Shown here: positions 33,901 through 44,120 of the stretch, one piece after another
Position numbering within the stretch: the first letter of the stretch is position 1
Layout of the letters: each line of letters opens with the position of its first letter
Source of the DNA: an uncultured Gemmataceae bacterium
GTDB taxonomy: Bacteria; Planctomycetota; Planctomycetia; Gemmatales; Gemmataceae
Length of the DNA stretch: 64,000 nt
Direction of reading: 5' to 3'
Assembly (NCBI GenBank): GCA_963750165.1
Contig: CAVVPN010000012.1
Coordinates: 128,001-192,000 of the forward strand
The notes under the pieces: model-generated
The model's database searches: none
What the model was told of the DNA's origin: nothing
Seen by the model: only the letters and a program-made list of their open reading frames with translations
Position numbers and translations under genes: made by a program

Positions 33901-35695
33901 GTCCGGGTCGGCCCCCCGCAGCACCTCCCGCACCCAAGGCAGCTGCTCCTGCCGCAGCCACCGATCCAGCGCGGCCACCAGCCGCTCCCGCACCGCCGAT
34001 TGCGCCACGCCGCGCCGCCGCCTCCCGCGCCCCGACCGCCGCGGGCTTCAGGCCGAATTGCTCCAGCGCGGCACGGAACCTAGCCGCCACCGCCGCCCGG
34101 TCCGGGAGGAAGTTTTGGTCGGTTGGCGTCCAGCGGAACTGATCCACTTTGTCCAGTGCCTTCAGCATGGCCAGGTCCTCGGTGAGTCGCGCGCGCCGTC
34201 CGTCCAGCGCCGTCGCGCCGCCCTCGTCCGCCCGCTGCTTCGCCGCCTGCAGCAGCACCTCCGCCTTGGCCGCGTCCCCGGGCCGCAGCGCGTCGGTCGC
34301 CTGGTCGAGCAGCCCCGCCACCGCCTCGGCGTTCCGTTCGCGCCGTGCCTGTTCGGCCGCCGCCCGCGCCTGCTCGGCGACCTCCCGCACCGCCCCGTCG
34401 CTGCGCGCCTTCTCGGTTTCCGTCAGGTAGATGATCGCGCCCACGGCGCCGCCCAGCACGGCCAGCAGCACCGTCGCCGCCAGCGCCAGCGTCAGCCGCC
34501 GCCGCTTCCCCTCTTCCTGGGCCTTGGCCTGGGCCGCCGCCTCGGCCAGTTCCGCCTGGCGCAGCGCTCCTGCACCCCGTCCAGGTAGGCCGTCAACGCC
34601 GCGGCCACCGCGTTCGCATCCGGCGGCCGGTCCACCGCCTCGGAGGACAGGCACGCCTTCGTCAGGGCGATCAGTTCCGCGTCCGCCCCGCAGCCGTCCA
34701 GCCGCGCCGTGGCGTCGGCCTGGTCGCCGTTGGCCGCCTTGCGCCGCACCTCCTCGCTGTTGCGGCCCACGTACGGCGGCTTGCCGGTCAGGACCTCGCA
34801 AAGGATGGCCCCCAGCCCGAAGACGTCGGCGCGGCGGTCGAGGGTGGCCACCGCGCCGTTGGCCTGCTCCGGCGGCATGTACGCCGGCGTGCCCAGCAGC
34901 GTGCCCGCCTCCGTGTCCGAACCGCCGCCCGAAGAGCCGTTGCTGCGCGCCGTGCGAATCTGTGTGCCGTCGTCCTGGTATTGCCGGCTGGCGCGCTCCT
35001 CGTCGGCGACGCCGCCCTCGTGCAGCACCTTGGCCAGGCCCCAGTCCATGACCTGCACCTCGCCGAAGTTCCCCACCATGATGTTGGCCGGCTTGAGGTC
35101 GCGGTGGATCACCCCCTTGGCGTGGGCGTACGCCAGCGCCTGCGCCACCTTGAGGAAGTCCGCCAGGAAGCGCGGCCGGTCGGCGCTCAGATCGGGCGCG
35201 CGGCCAGCAGCGCCGCCAGCGTCTGGCCCTTGACCAGCTTCATGGTGAAAAACGGGCGCTCGCCGAAGCGGCCGACGTCGTAGACGGGGACCACCCCCGG
35301 GTGCTGCAACTGGCCGCCGATCTGCGCCTCCTCCAGGAAGCGGCGCGCCACCTCGGGCCGGTCGGCGTGCTTCTCCAGCAGGACCTTGACGGCCAGGTCG
35401 CGGCCCAGGTCCACGTCGCGGCCGCGCAGCACGGCGCCCATGCCGCCGCGGGCGATCTCGCCAAAGAGTTGGTAGCGGTCGCCGGTCTGCTCCGGCGGCG
35501 GCATGGCGTCGGAGTGCGGCTTGACGATGTGGCGCTCTCGCCGGCCGCCTCCTTGAGCAGCACCGGCCGCAGGTCGCCCAGGCTCGAGCGCGGCGCGGAT
35601 GGCTGGCCGAAGGCAGCGGCCAGGCCGGCGTCGAGCGCGTCGGCGGGGGCGGAGGGCTCATCGACGGTGCGGTACGGGTCGTGCGCTTCGGTCAT
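30960..35695 (-). CDS. Membrane Ser/Thr kinase with TPR array, PPC-like domain and C-terminal TPRs (copy A); apparent frameshifts ~35530, 35195, 34563, 34010, 31380
   Basis: Pieces in ORFs 35240..35737, 35187..35504, 34492..35661, 33647..34801, 30451..34008 and 30960..31349 are colinear with copy B; seven TPRs plus cap. Confidence 0.85.
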
Positions 35696-35785
35696 GGCCA
35701 GGGTCTCCCTCGTAGAAGTCTGCAAGGCGCTGCACACCCCAGGATCATGGCAGAGGCCGTTTTCGCGTGTGAAGAATTGATGAAA

Positions 35786-36448
35786 TCAGGAAAGTGCTTG
35801 CAACAGGCTGACCGCCTCCTGTTCCACCTCGGCCGGGCTGCCGGGGTGATGAAAGGCCACCACCTCCAGCAAGGCCGCCCGAAACTCCTGGCGGGCCCTT
35901 GCATATTCGTGGTGCAGCGTCGCCGCCGGCAGGCCCCAGCGCGCGGCGATGTCCCGAATCGGCAGGTTCTCCTCGAAACGGAGCCGGAGCAATTCGACCC
36001 GCTGTACGGCATTCGGGCCGCGCTCCGCAGCCTGCCGCCGTTGGAGCTGGACGGCCTCGCTCATGATCGCCCGGGCCCAGGAGCGCTCGAACAGTTTCGA
36101 CAGGCTCTCCTCGTCCGCGAGGATCTCCGGCAGCGGCAGCGTAGGACGCGCAGGCCGACTCTCAAACCGGCGCGCGACGTTCCGGACGACGCCGTAGAGG
36201 AAGGCGCGGAAGTTGGGCACGCGACCGGCCCCGGCGGCTTCCAGGGCACCGCCCGCGCGGAAGCACTCGACGAACACCTCCTGCGTGGCGTCGTCGAGGT
36301 CGTCGCGCAGCCCCGAGCCGCGCCAGCGGGCCAGCAGGTAGGCGCGGACCACGCCGAGATAGCGGCGGCCCAGTTCGTCGCGGTCGGCGGGACATCCCGC
36401 CGCCGCGGCGCGGATGACCGTCCAGCAGGTGGTTTCGGGCGTTGACAT
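35786..36448 (-). CDS. ECF sigma factor (kinase-associated, planctomycete type)
   Basis: TTCWTVIRAA; DDATQEVF; FRAFLYGVVRN; region 4 IRDIAARWGL; no anti-sigma gene nearby. Confidence 0.85.
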   Translation of the reverse strand: MSTPETTCWTVIRAAAAGCPADRDELGRRYLGVVRAYLLARWRGSGLRDDLDDATQEVFVECFRAGGALEAAGAGRVPNFRAFLYGVVRNVARRFESRPARPTLPLPEILADEESLSKLFERSWARAIMSEAVQLQRRQAAERGPNAVQRVELLRLRFEENLPIRDIAARWGLPAATLHHEYARARQEFRAALLEVVAFHHPGSPAEVEQEAVSLLQALS

Positions 36449-36484
36449 CGGCATCCCGGGAGAATGTGGGCGCTCCCACAAGTA

Positions 36485-36895
36485 TCATTCCGGCCCGTCG
36501 CCCGCAACGATTTTATTGCGATCCGCGACGAACCAGCGAATCTGCCGCGCCAGTCCGATGAGCACGTCCACTTCCATCGCGCTCGGCTGCGCCCGGCCAA
36601 TCAGATGCCGCAGCGCGTGCATCAGCGCATCGGCCTTGTCGCTGTAGAGGAAGTGGATTTCCTCCAGCGCAGTGCGCAACTGCGCGAACATCTGTTCCTG
36701 GACCGCGAACGGCGCCGGCGTCGATCCTGGGGCGGACGGGCTCGTCTGTTGCAGCCAGACGCGGCGTGGCTCGTACAGGCAAATCGCCACCGCCTGGGCC
36801 AGGTTCAGCGCCCGCGCCGCCGGCTCGGTCGGGATGTGGATCAGGAAGTGACAGCGTGTGATTTCCGCGTTGGTCAGGCCGCTCGCCTCCGGCTG
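36485..36895 (-). pseudogene. 5'-truncated TrmJ/LasT-family RNA methyltransferase
   Basis: PEASGLTNAEI...IHIPT...LNLAQAVAICLYE and C-terminal helices are present; the N-terminal SPOUT half is absent. Confidence 0.75.
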
Positions 36896-36903
36896 GACGC
36901 TCT

Positions 36904-36924
36904 CTGAAGGCGGTACTACGAACC
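36904..36924. repeat. Solo arm of the 23902-type GTAG REP
   Basis: CTGAAGGCGGTACTACGAACC matches CTGAAGGCGGAACTACGAACC at 23943-23963 with one mismatch. Confidence 0.75.
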
Positions 36925-38304
36925 AGTACCCTTCCCCCCCACCACGGCGACGGGATTCGCACACGGCAACTCCGTGCGAAAGCACGTCCGCGTCCCTTCA
37001 CGCCGCCAGGAAATGCCGCCGCCGTGTGCCTCCGCCACCTGTCGCGCCACCGCCAGCCCCAGGCCGACGCCGTCGCGCTTGCCGGTCACGAACGGCTCGA
37101 ACAGCCGCGCCGCCACGTCCGCCGCCGGTCCTGGCCCCGTGTCCCACACGTCCACACACACCCGCTCCGGCTCCACCGTCGCCGTCTCGACCTCCACCCG
37201 GCCGCCCGGCCCCGCTGCCTCGATGGCGTTGGTCAGCAGCACCACGAACACCTGGCTCAACTGGCCGCCATCGCCACACACCGTCACGTCCGCGGCCGGC
37301 GGCTCCCACACCAGTTCGATGTGGGCGTGTTTGCACTGCGGTCGCAGCAACGCCACCGCTTCGCCGAGTATCCCGGTCAGCGAACACGGCTCACGCCGCA
37401 GCGACCCCGGGCCGCCCAGGCCGAGGAAGCGTTTCAGGTGCATCTCCACCAGCGCCAGCTGCCGCAGTGCCACCGTCAACGGCTCCTCCTGGGCGCAGGC
37501 CGGGTGCTCATGCGTGTGCAGCTCGACCGCCAGCCGCGCCCCGGTGACGCCGTTGCGCAGCTGGTGTGCCAGGCCGCCGCTGACCTGGCCCAGCAACCGC
37601 AACCGTTCCGTCTGCTTGACCGTCTCCTGCAGCTGCGCCAGTCGCCCGGCCATGTCATTGACACTGCGGGTCAGGTCGCGCAGTTCGTCGTCGCGGCGCG
37701 GCAGCGGCATCGGGCTGAAGTCGCCACCGGCGATCAACCGCGTGCGCCGCTCCAGCTCGCGGACGCGCCGGCTCAACCCTTGGCCAATCGCCACCGTCAA
37801 AATGAGCGACGCCAGGCCGCCGAACGCGCCCAGGATCAGCGACGGCCGCACCGCCTCCCACAGGGCGTCTTCCCAGAGCGATTCGGGGTAGAAGATGTAC
37901 AGCGCGGCCCCGGGGTGCTGGCTGCCCGGCCCGAGCCGCACGCCGCTGCACAGGTACGGCGTGCCGGCCACGACGACGTGACTGCCGAGCGTCAGCGGTT
38001 GGCCGGCGTACTCGTCGCCGGGCGGCGGCAGGTCCACGTCCGCGGTGGGCAGTGTCGTGGATATGCGCGACCCGTCCTTGAGAAGGTAGTCGGCCCCGGA
38101 GATGCCTTTCATGTCGCGTTGCACTTTTTCGGTGAAGGGGAACTTGGCCTTGTGCGCCGTGGCGACGATGTCGCTCATCTGCTTCTCGATGGCCAGGCGA
38201 GCGCGGTGGGCCGAGGCGTAAGCGGTCCAGGCGCTCATGCCGACGACGCCGAGCAGCAGGGTCAACACGGGCAGGAGCAGTTGCGAGCGGATGCCGATGC
38301 GCAT
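36916..38304 (-). CDS. HAMP-domain sensor histidine kinase
   Basis: Two TMs; HAMP (RDDELRDL); LAHQLRN H-box; NAIEA; DTGPG; EPFVTGK...GLGL. Confidence 0.92.
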   Translation of the reverse strand: MRIGIRSQLLLPVLTLLLGVVGMSAWTAYASAHRARLAIEKQMSDIVATAHKAKFPFTEKVQRDMKGISGADYLLKDGSRISTTLPTADVDLPPPGDEYAGQPLTLGSHVVVAGTPYLCSGVRLGPGSQHPGAALYIFYPESLWEDALWEAVRPSLILGAFGGLASLILTVAIGQGLSRRVRELERRTRLIAGGDFSPMPLPRRDDELRDLTRSVNDMAGRLAQLQETVKQTERLRLLGQVSGGLAHQLRNGVTGARLAVELHTHEHPACAQEEPLTVALRQLALVEMHLKRFLGLGGPGSLRREPCSLTGILGEAVALLRPQCKHAHIELVWEPPAADVTVCGDGGQLSQVFVVLLTNAIEAAGPGGRVEVETATVEPERVCVDVWDTGPGPAADVAARLFEPFVTGKRDGVGLGLAVARQVAEAHGGGISWRREGTRTCFRTELPCANPVAVVGGKGTGS

Positions 38305-38501
38305 GCGGGGTTCGGGGACGAGGTTTCAAAGCCTGACTTTACTGCTATCTTCAGCGTATCTGAACGGGAAAGCCGCAACAAGCGCGCATCGCGTCGGGTT
38401 GTGGGGCGGCGGGTGCGCGGAAAGGTGCCGAACCGGCGTTCCGTGCCGGTCCGCAGCCCTGGGTGTGGTGGCACCGGCTGTCCCATTTCGGCCTGCACTG
38501 C

Positions 38502-38560
38502 CACAGCAAGGGGGCCAAGGAGGCCAAGGGGGCCAACTTTTTCATACGTCGAGATTTGGC
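38502..38560 (+). repeat. Dispersed repeat family, partial copy 3
   Basis: CACAGCAAGGGGGCCAAGGAGGCCAAGGGGGCCAACTTTTTCATACGTCGAGATT. Confidence 0.85.
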
Positions 38561-38563
38561 GAA

Positions 38564-38619
38564 AGCCCCCCGTTCACGTTTCGCGCGGACTCTACCTGCG
38601 CGTAACGTGAACGGAGGCT
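38564..38619. repeat. REP-like hairpin related to 21386-21436
   Basis: CCGTTCACGTTTCGCGCGG ... GCGCGTAACGTGAACGG. Confidence 0.8.
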
Positions 38620-38637
38620 CATGTCGGCGAGTCGCGC

Positions 38638-41600
38638 TTATTCTGCAGGCCGCTGCTGCAACCGCGTCAGGGCGGCGCGGGCCGCGCGGGTAGGCTCTGC
38701 CGCGGCGGCGCCCCCGGCCAACAGTTCCAGCACCTGACGCGCTTCCGCCGTGCCGATCAGCTCCAGCGCCCAAATTGCCCGCCAGGTCTGCCTGTCATTG
38801 GGCGTCCGCGGCCAGTCGCTCAACCGCTCCAGCAGTGCGGTGAGGCGCCGCCGCACTTCCTCGGGGCGTTTCTCCTTCCAGGCCTGGCGCAGGGCGGGCT
38901 CGGCCACGGCGCCGAGTTCCTGCAGCGCCCGGTTCGCCTGGTCGCGCACCGCGAACTGCTTGTGGCCCAGGTCGTCAATCAGTTTCCCGATCTTCGCCGG
39001 CGCCGGCTCGGCGACCGGTTTCAGTTTGCCCTTGAGGTAGGCGACGGCCGGTTGGGGGACGGCGGCCAACGTCCAGACCGCCTGGCGAGCGCGGCCGGCG
39101 GTGTTGTCGCCCAGGGCCGTCCACAGGGCGTTCAGATCCTTGGCGCCGACGCCGTTCGGGTACGCGGCCAGGGCATCGGCCGGGGCCGTGTCCCAGAGCA
39201 CCACGGCGCCGTCGGCGCGGCCCCAGGCCAGCACCCGGCCGTCCGGCGACAGCGCCGCCACCGCCGCCCCCTCGGCAGCGCTCAGCAGGGGCTGGTCGGA
39301 CCCCGCTTCCCACAGGGTGGGGGGCTCCGCCGTGTGGTAGCCGCCGATGGTGTTGGAGCCCCAGCCGATGGAGTACTGGTCATCGTAGAACGGTCCCTGA
39401 GCCGTGACATAGCGGCGGCCGTTCCCGGCCAGCGCCAGCACGCCGCCGTGGTCGCGCTTCGTCCGCACGTCCCGCCCGGACTCCAGGTCGTACCAGTGCA
39501 ACTGGGTCGTCCGGTACAGCAACTGGCCGTCCGTATAAATGAACCCGCCCCGGGTGCGGTTCGGTTCAATGAAGAACTGCAACCCGCCCCCCACCAGCGT
39601 TCGGCCGCCCGGTAAGAACGTCATCTGCGTGCCGCGCACCGGGAGTTGCTTCACCTTCTTGCCCGTCTGCACGTCCCACAGACAAATGCGATCTGGCTGC
39701 GCGAAGCTCACGCCGCCGGCGAAGTTGTCCGACTCCCGCACCAGGCCGCCCGAGGCCAGGGTGCGGCCGTCCGGCGAAAAGGCGATCCCCGTCAGGATGG
39801 GGGCGGGGCGTTCGATCAGGTGCAGTTGCTTGCCCGTGGCCGTGTCCCAGAGGCGGATGCCCTCCTGACCGCCCGAGGCCAGCGTTTTGCCGTCGGGCGT
39901 CAGGGCGACGCAGTCCACGTTGAGGGTATGGCCGTAGAATTTGCGCAGCAGCTCGCCCGTGGCCAGGTTCCAGAGCCGCACCTCCTTCTGGTCGCCCACC
40001 GAGGCTAACGTCTTGCCGTCCGCGGATAGCGCCAGCCAGTTGACCGCGCCCGGGTGGCCTTTCAGGGTCCGCAGCACCTTGCCCGTGACGGCGGACCGCA
40101 CGATGATCTTGCCGTCGCGCCCCGCGGACACCAGCGTGCCGCCGGCAGCGAACGTCAGCGCCGTCACCGGGCCGGCATGGTCCTTGAATTCACGCACACC
40201 GCGGCTGCCCGGCTGCGACCGCTGGGCCAGGAACAGTTCCATCTCGGTAACCACACGCACCGGCGGCAACGCTTTCACCTTGTCCGGTCCGAACCGCATC
40301 TTCGCCGGCAGGCGCGTGAGCAGCACGGTCCCGTCGTCGCCGCCCGAGAGCACGGCGCGGCCATCCGGGGTGAACGTCAGGCTGTTCAGCGTCCCGTTGT
40401 GGACCGGCAGCGTCAGCAGCCGCTTGCCCGTGGCGATGTCCCAGAGGGCGATGCCGTCGTTCTTCTCCGCCACGGTCGCGAACACCTTACCGTCCGGCGA
40501 CACCGCGATGGAGGGCGACGTTCCCCAGTCTTTTTGCTGCAAGGACTTGCCCGGAAACGTTCGCAGCTGCTTGCCGGTGGCCACGTCCCACAATTCCAGC
40601 GACACCTTATCTGAATCCTCCTTCAAGGAGAGTAACGCCTTGCCGTCGCCCGTGAACGCCAGATGGAGCGGCGGGTACGTCCCCGGCCGCCAGCTGCGCA
40701 CCAGCTTGCCAGTGGCCAGATCCCAGAGGCGAATGGTGTCATCGAGCTTTGCTTTTTTGTAGTGCCATTTGCCGATGCCGGTGGCGAGCAGCTTGCCGTC
40801 CCGCGAAAACGCCAGGCCGCTCGCGTTCCGTTCCAGCTCGTCGCGCTCCCGCTCGCCACAGGGATGGAATACGAGCAGTTCCTTGCCGGTGACGGCGTCA
40901 CAGACATGCACAGTGCATTCCCTCTCGTCGGCCGTGGCCAGGAGTTTGCCGTCCGGCGAAAACCTGATGGCGTCGATGCGCCAGCTGCCCTTCAGAAGCC
41001 GGCCCAGCAAGCGGCCCGAAGCGGTGTCGTACAACTGTACCCCGCCCGACCTGCGGCCCAGGACGATGCGTTGGCCGTCCGATGAAAAGCGAACGCTCTT
41101 CGCATCGTAGTCGCCCCATTGACCCGGGGCGGTGTTGAAGACGATCTTGCGCAGCGGGGCGGCCGTGGCGGCGTCCCACAATCGCATCGTGCCCTCACGG
41201 CCGGAGGCGGAGACCACCAGCCGGCCGTCCGGCGAAATGGCCAGGGAACTGATCGGGGCTACGTGGCCAAGCCGTTCGACGAGTTCCTTGCCCGACTGCA
41301 CGCTCCACAGCCGGATGAGTCCGGTGGACCCGCCCGTCGCCAGGAGCTGGCCGTCGCTCGTGACGGCCAGGGTGCCCGGCTCCAGTGCCTTTTCGGCGAC
41401 GGAGCGCACCAGGTGCCCCGTGTCCGCGTCCCACAGTTCCACCGGGCCGCCGGCCGCCAGGAGATTGCTTTTCGGCACGAAGGCGACATTGGTCGGGGCT
41501 GCGAACTTGGCGAGGAGTTTGCCCGTGGCGACCGTCCACAGCCGCGCATCGGTGGGATCAGCGGAGGCCAGCGTCTTGCCATCCGCCGCAAAGGACAGGG

Positions 41601-42297
41601 AGCGAATCGGCCCGCTGTGGCCGACAAGGCGCCGCCGTTCCTTGCCGGTCTGGGCGTCCCAGAGGATGACGGTGCCGCCGATCTCGAATTTCGCGTCGCC
41701 GGCGTTGGCCGTGGCCAGCGTCTTGCCGTCGGGCGCCACGGCCACCGCGAGGACCGTCCGTGTGTGGCCCTGCAGTTGTAGCAGCGGCTTCCGCGCCGCC
41801 ACGTCCCAGACGATCACCTGTTTGGCAGCGCCGGCCACCAGGGTCTTGCCGTCCGGGGCGAACGCCAGGGCGCGGACGTGCGGGCCCTTGTTATCGCCCA
41901 GGCTGCCAAGGCGCTTGCCCGTGGCCACGTCCCACAGTTCGATGGCGGCATACGGCCCCGCCGTGGCCAGTTGCTTGCCGTCCGGGGAAAAGGCGAGGTG
42001 GTGCCCCTGCCCGGGCAACTGCCGCAGCGCGTTGCCGGTCGCCGTTTCCCACAGGATGATATTGCCATCGTCGTCCGCCGCCGCCAGGAGTTTGTCGCCC
42101 GGCGCGAAGACCAGGGCGGTGATGAAGCTGGTGTGCTGCAGCCGGGACGAACCCAGGCGCACCACCTCCAGGGGCGGGTCATTTGGCGCGGACCCGTTTT
42201 TGTTCTGCGCGGCAGGGCCGCCTCCCTGGCGGGCGTCGGTCGAGCCCTGGGCGAGACAGGCCGCGAACAGCAAGAGCCAACTGCAGTGACGGAGCAC
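38638..42297 (-). CDS. Secreted WD40-repeat protein
   Basis: Signal peptide; VVRLGSSRLQH; many GH...LAFSPDGK.LAT...LWD repeats; C-terminal helical domain RAIWALELIGTAEARQVL. Confidence 0.92.
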   Translation of the reverse strand: MLRHCSWLLLFAACLAQGSTDARQGGGPAAQNKNGSAPNDPPLEVVRLGSSRLQHTSFITALVFAPGDKLLAAADDDGNIILWETATGNALRQLPGQGHHLAFSPDGKQLATAGPYAAIELWDVATGKRLGSLGDNKGPHVRALAFAPDGKTLVAGAAKQVIVWDVAARKPLLQLQGHTRTVLAVAVAPDGKTLATANAGDAKFEIGGTVILWDAQTGKERRRLVGHSGPIRSLSFAADGKTLASADPTDARLWTVATGKLLAKFAAPTNVAFVPKSNLLAAGGPVELWDADTGHLVRSVAEKALEPGTLAVTSDGQLLATGGSTGLIRLWSVQSGKELVERLGHVAPISSLAISPDGRLVVSASGREGTMRLWDAATAAPLRKIVFNTAPGQWGDYDAKSVRFSSDGQRIVLGRRSGGVQLYDTASGRLLGRLLKGSWRIDAIRFSPDGKLLATADERECTVHVCDAVTGKELLVFHPCGERERDELERNASGLAFSRDGKLLATGIGKWHYKKAKLDDTIRLWDLATGKLVRSWRPGTYPPLHLAFTGDGKALLSLKEDSDKVSLELWDVATGKQLRTFPGKSLQQKDWGTSPSIAVSPDGKVFATVAEKNDGIALWDIATGKRLLTLPVHNGTLNSLTFTPDGRAVLSGGDDGTVLLTRLPAKMRFGPDKVKALPPVRVVTEMELFLAQRSQPGSRGVREFKDHAGPVTALTFAAGGTLVSAGRDGKIIVRSAVTGKVLRTLKGHPGAVNWLALSADGKTLASVGDQKEVRLWNLATGELLRKFYGHTLNVDCVALTPDGKTLASGGQEGIRLWDTATGKQLHLIERPAPILTGIAFSPDGRTLASGGLVRESDNFAGGVSFAQPDRICLWDVQTGKKVKQLPVRGTQMTFLPGGRTLVGGGLQFFIEPNRTRGGFIYTDGQLLYRTTQLHWYDLESGRDVRTKRDHGGVLALAGNGRRYVTAQGPFYDDQYSIGWGSNTIGGYHTAEPPTLWEAGSDQPLLSAAEGAAVAALSPDGRVLAWGRADGAVVLWDTAPADALAAYPNGVGAKDLNALWTALGDNTAGRARQAVWTLAAVPQPAVAYLKGKLKPVAEPAPAKIGKLIDDLGHKQFAVRDQANRALQELGAVAEPALRQAWKEKRPEEVRRRLTALLERLSDWPRTPNDRQTWRAIWALELIGTAEARQVLELLAGGAAAAEPTRAARAALTRLQQRPAE

Positions 42298-42600
42298 GGG
42301 CCACCTCCTGGAGGAGAACGGGTCGGGTTGGCCGAAGGCGTTGTCAGCGGTTTCAGCATACCGGCCGGCGCCGGTTGACTCCAGGGATTTTTCAGGTCGG
42401 GTTTCTCACGATCCAGCGAAAAGGGCCGTATGTCTTTCGTAGTGCGGGCCGCCCTCACCAACGCCTGCCAAACTCCGGTGCTGTTTCAAGGAAAATTGGT
42501 TGAAGCCCGAACCTCGCGGGCGCCGAGCATATCATAATGGGGACGGGCGGTCCCGCGCCGGCCGCCACAACTACCCCCCCGTGACGAGGACTCCAAGCGA

Positions 42601-44091
42601 ATGGAAGCCATCGAACCGACCGCAGCCCCCGCCGCGGCCGCCGTCGCCGCGCCCACTGCGCTGGAGTTGCCCAGCCTTGACCTGTCCGCCCTCACCTTGC
42701 CAAACGCCGGCGGCAGCCGTGAGCTGCTGACGCTGGCCCTGCCGTTGATCGTCAGCCAGAGTTTCATGACCGTCCAGGTGTTCATGGACACGGTGCTGCT
42801 GTCCTGGTACGACCCCCGGGCGATGGCCGCGTCGTTCCCGGCCGTGATGTGGTTCTGGCTGCCGTTCGGGCTGCTGCAGGTAACGGCCGGCTATACCTCC
42901 ACCTTCGTCGCCCAGTACACCGGCGCCGGCCGGCCGCAGCGCGTCGGCCCGGCCGTCTGGCAGGGCCTGCACTTCGCCCTGCTGGCCGGCCTGCTGTTCC
43001 TGCTCATCGTCCCCGCCGCGCCGTCCCTGGTCGCCCTGGGCGGCCACTCCGCGGCGCTGCAGGAACTGGAGACGGTGTACCTGCAATGCCTGGCGTGCGC
43101 CGCCCTGCCGATGCTGCTGATGTCGGCGGTCAACGGCTTCTTCTCCGGCCGCGGCCAGACGTGGACGGTGCTCGGCATTGAGGCAGTCGGCACGTCGGTC
43201 AACGTGGCGCTGGCGCTGGTACTGATCTTCGGCCGGCTGGGCTTCCCGGAACTGGGCATCGCCGGGGCCGGCTGGGCGACGGTCATCGGCTCGTGGGTGT
43301 CGGCGCTGGTGGCGCTGGGGCTGCTGCTGCGGAGGCGCTACCGCACGGAATTCGCCACCGCAGCTGGCTGGCGACTGGAGCGCGAGTTGTTCGGCCGGCT
43401 GCTGCGCTACGGCGGCCCGGCGGGCATTCAGGTGTTCCTGGACGTGCTGGTCTTCCACCTGTTCACGCAGATGGTCGGCCGGCTGGGTGAGGCGGCGATG
43501 GGCGCGACCACGTTGACGGTGCGGCTCAACATGATCGCATTCTTGCCGATGTTCGGACTGGGCCAGGCGGTGTGCGTGCTGGTCGGCCAGCGGCTCGGGG
43601 CGAACCAGCCGGACCTGGCCGAGCGCAGCGCCTACACCGGCCTGCGCTGGGCCTTCGGCTACATGGCGACGGTCGCGGTGGTGTACCTGACGTTGCCGGA
43701 GATGCTGGTGGCGCTGTTCGAGGGCGGCCGTGACCCGGAGCAGTTCGCGGCGGTGGCGGCCATCGTGCCCGGACTGCTGGCCTGCGTCGCGGTCTACTCG
43801 CTGGCGGACTCGGTGAACCTGACGTTCGCCTTCGCGCTGCGCGGGGCGGGGGACACGCGCTTCGTGTCGCTGCTGACGTTCGCGCTGGCGTGGCCGCTGA
43901 TGGTGATCCCGACGTTCGTGGTGGTCTGGCTGGAGGCGAGCGTGTACTGGGCGTGGGCGTTCGCCACCATCCACATTTGCGCGATGGCCGTGTGCTTCTA
44001 TTTCCGCCTCCGCTCCGGCCGCTGGAAATCGATGCGCGTCATCGAGGCGGCGCCGGCCGCTTGCAGCCTGGCGGAAGCCGCTAAACCGTAA
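42601..44091 (+). CDS. MATE family efflux transporter
   Basis: LALPLIVSQ...DTVLL; FVAQYTGAG; GFPELGIAGAGWAT; LRGAGDT; about 12 TMs. Confidence 0.92.
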   Translation: MEAIEPTAAPAAAAVAAPTALELPSLDLSALTLPNAGGSRELLTLALPLIVSQSFMTVQVFMDTVLLSWYDPRAMAASFPAVMWFWLPFGLLQVTAGYTSTFVAQYTGAGRPQRVGPAVWQGLHFALLAGLLFLLIVPAAPSLVALGGHSAALQELETVYLQCLACAALPMLLMSAVNGFFSGRGQTWTVLGIEAVGTSVNVALALVLIFGRLGFPELGIAGAGWATVIGSWVSALVALGLLLRRRYRTEFATAAGWRLERELFGRLLRYGGPAGIQVFLDVLVFHLFTQMVGRLGEAAMGATTLTVRLNMIAFLPMFGLGQAVCVLVGQRLGANQPDLAERSAYTGLRWAFGYMATVAVVYLTLPEMLVALFEGGRDPEQFAAVAAIVPGLLACVAVYSLADSVNLTFAFALRGAGDTRFVSLLTFALAWPLMVIPTFVVVWLEASVYWAWAFATIHICAMAVCFYFRLRSGRWKSMRVIEAAPAACSLAEAAKP

Positions 44092-44120
44092 GCGGCAAAA
44101 CCTGGCCGCGGAGGAGTGAT

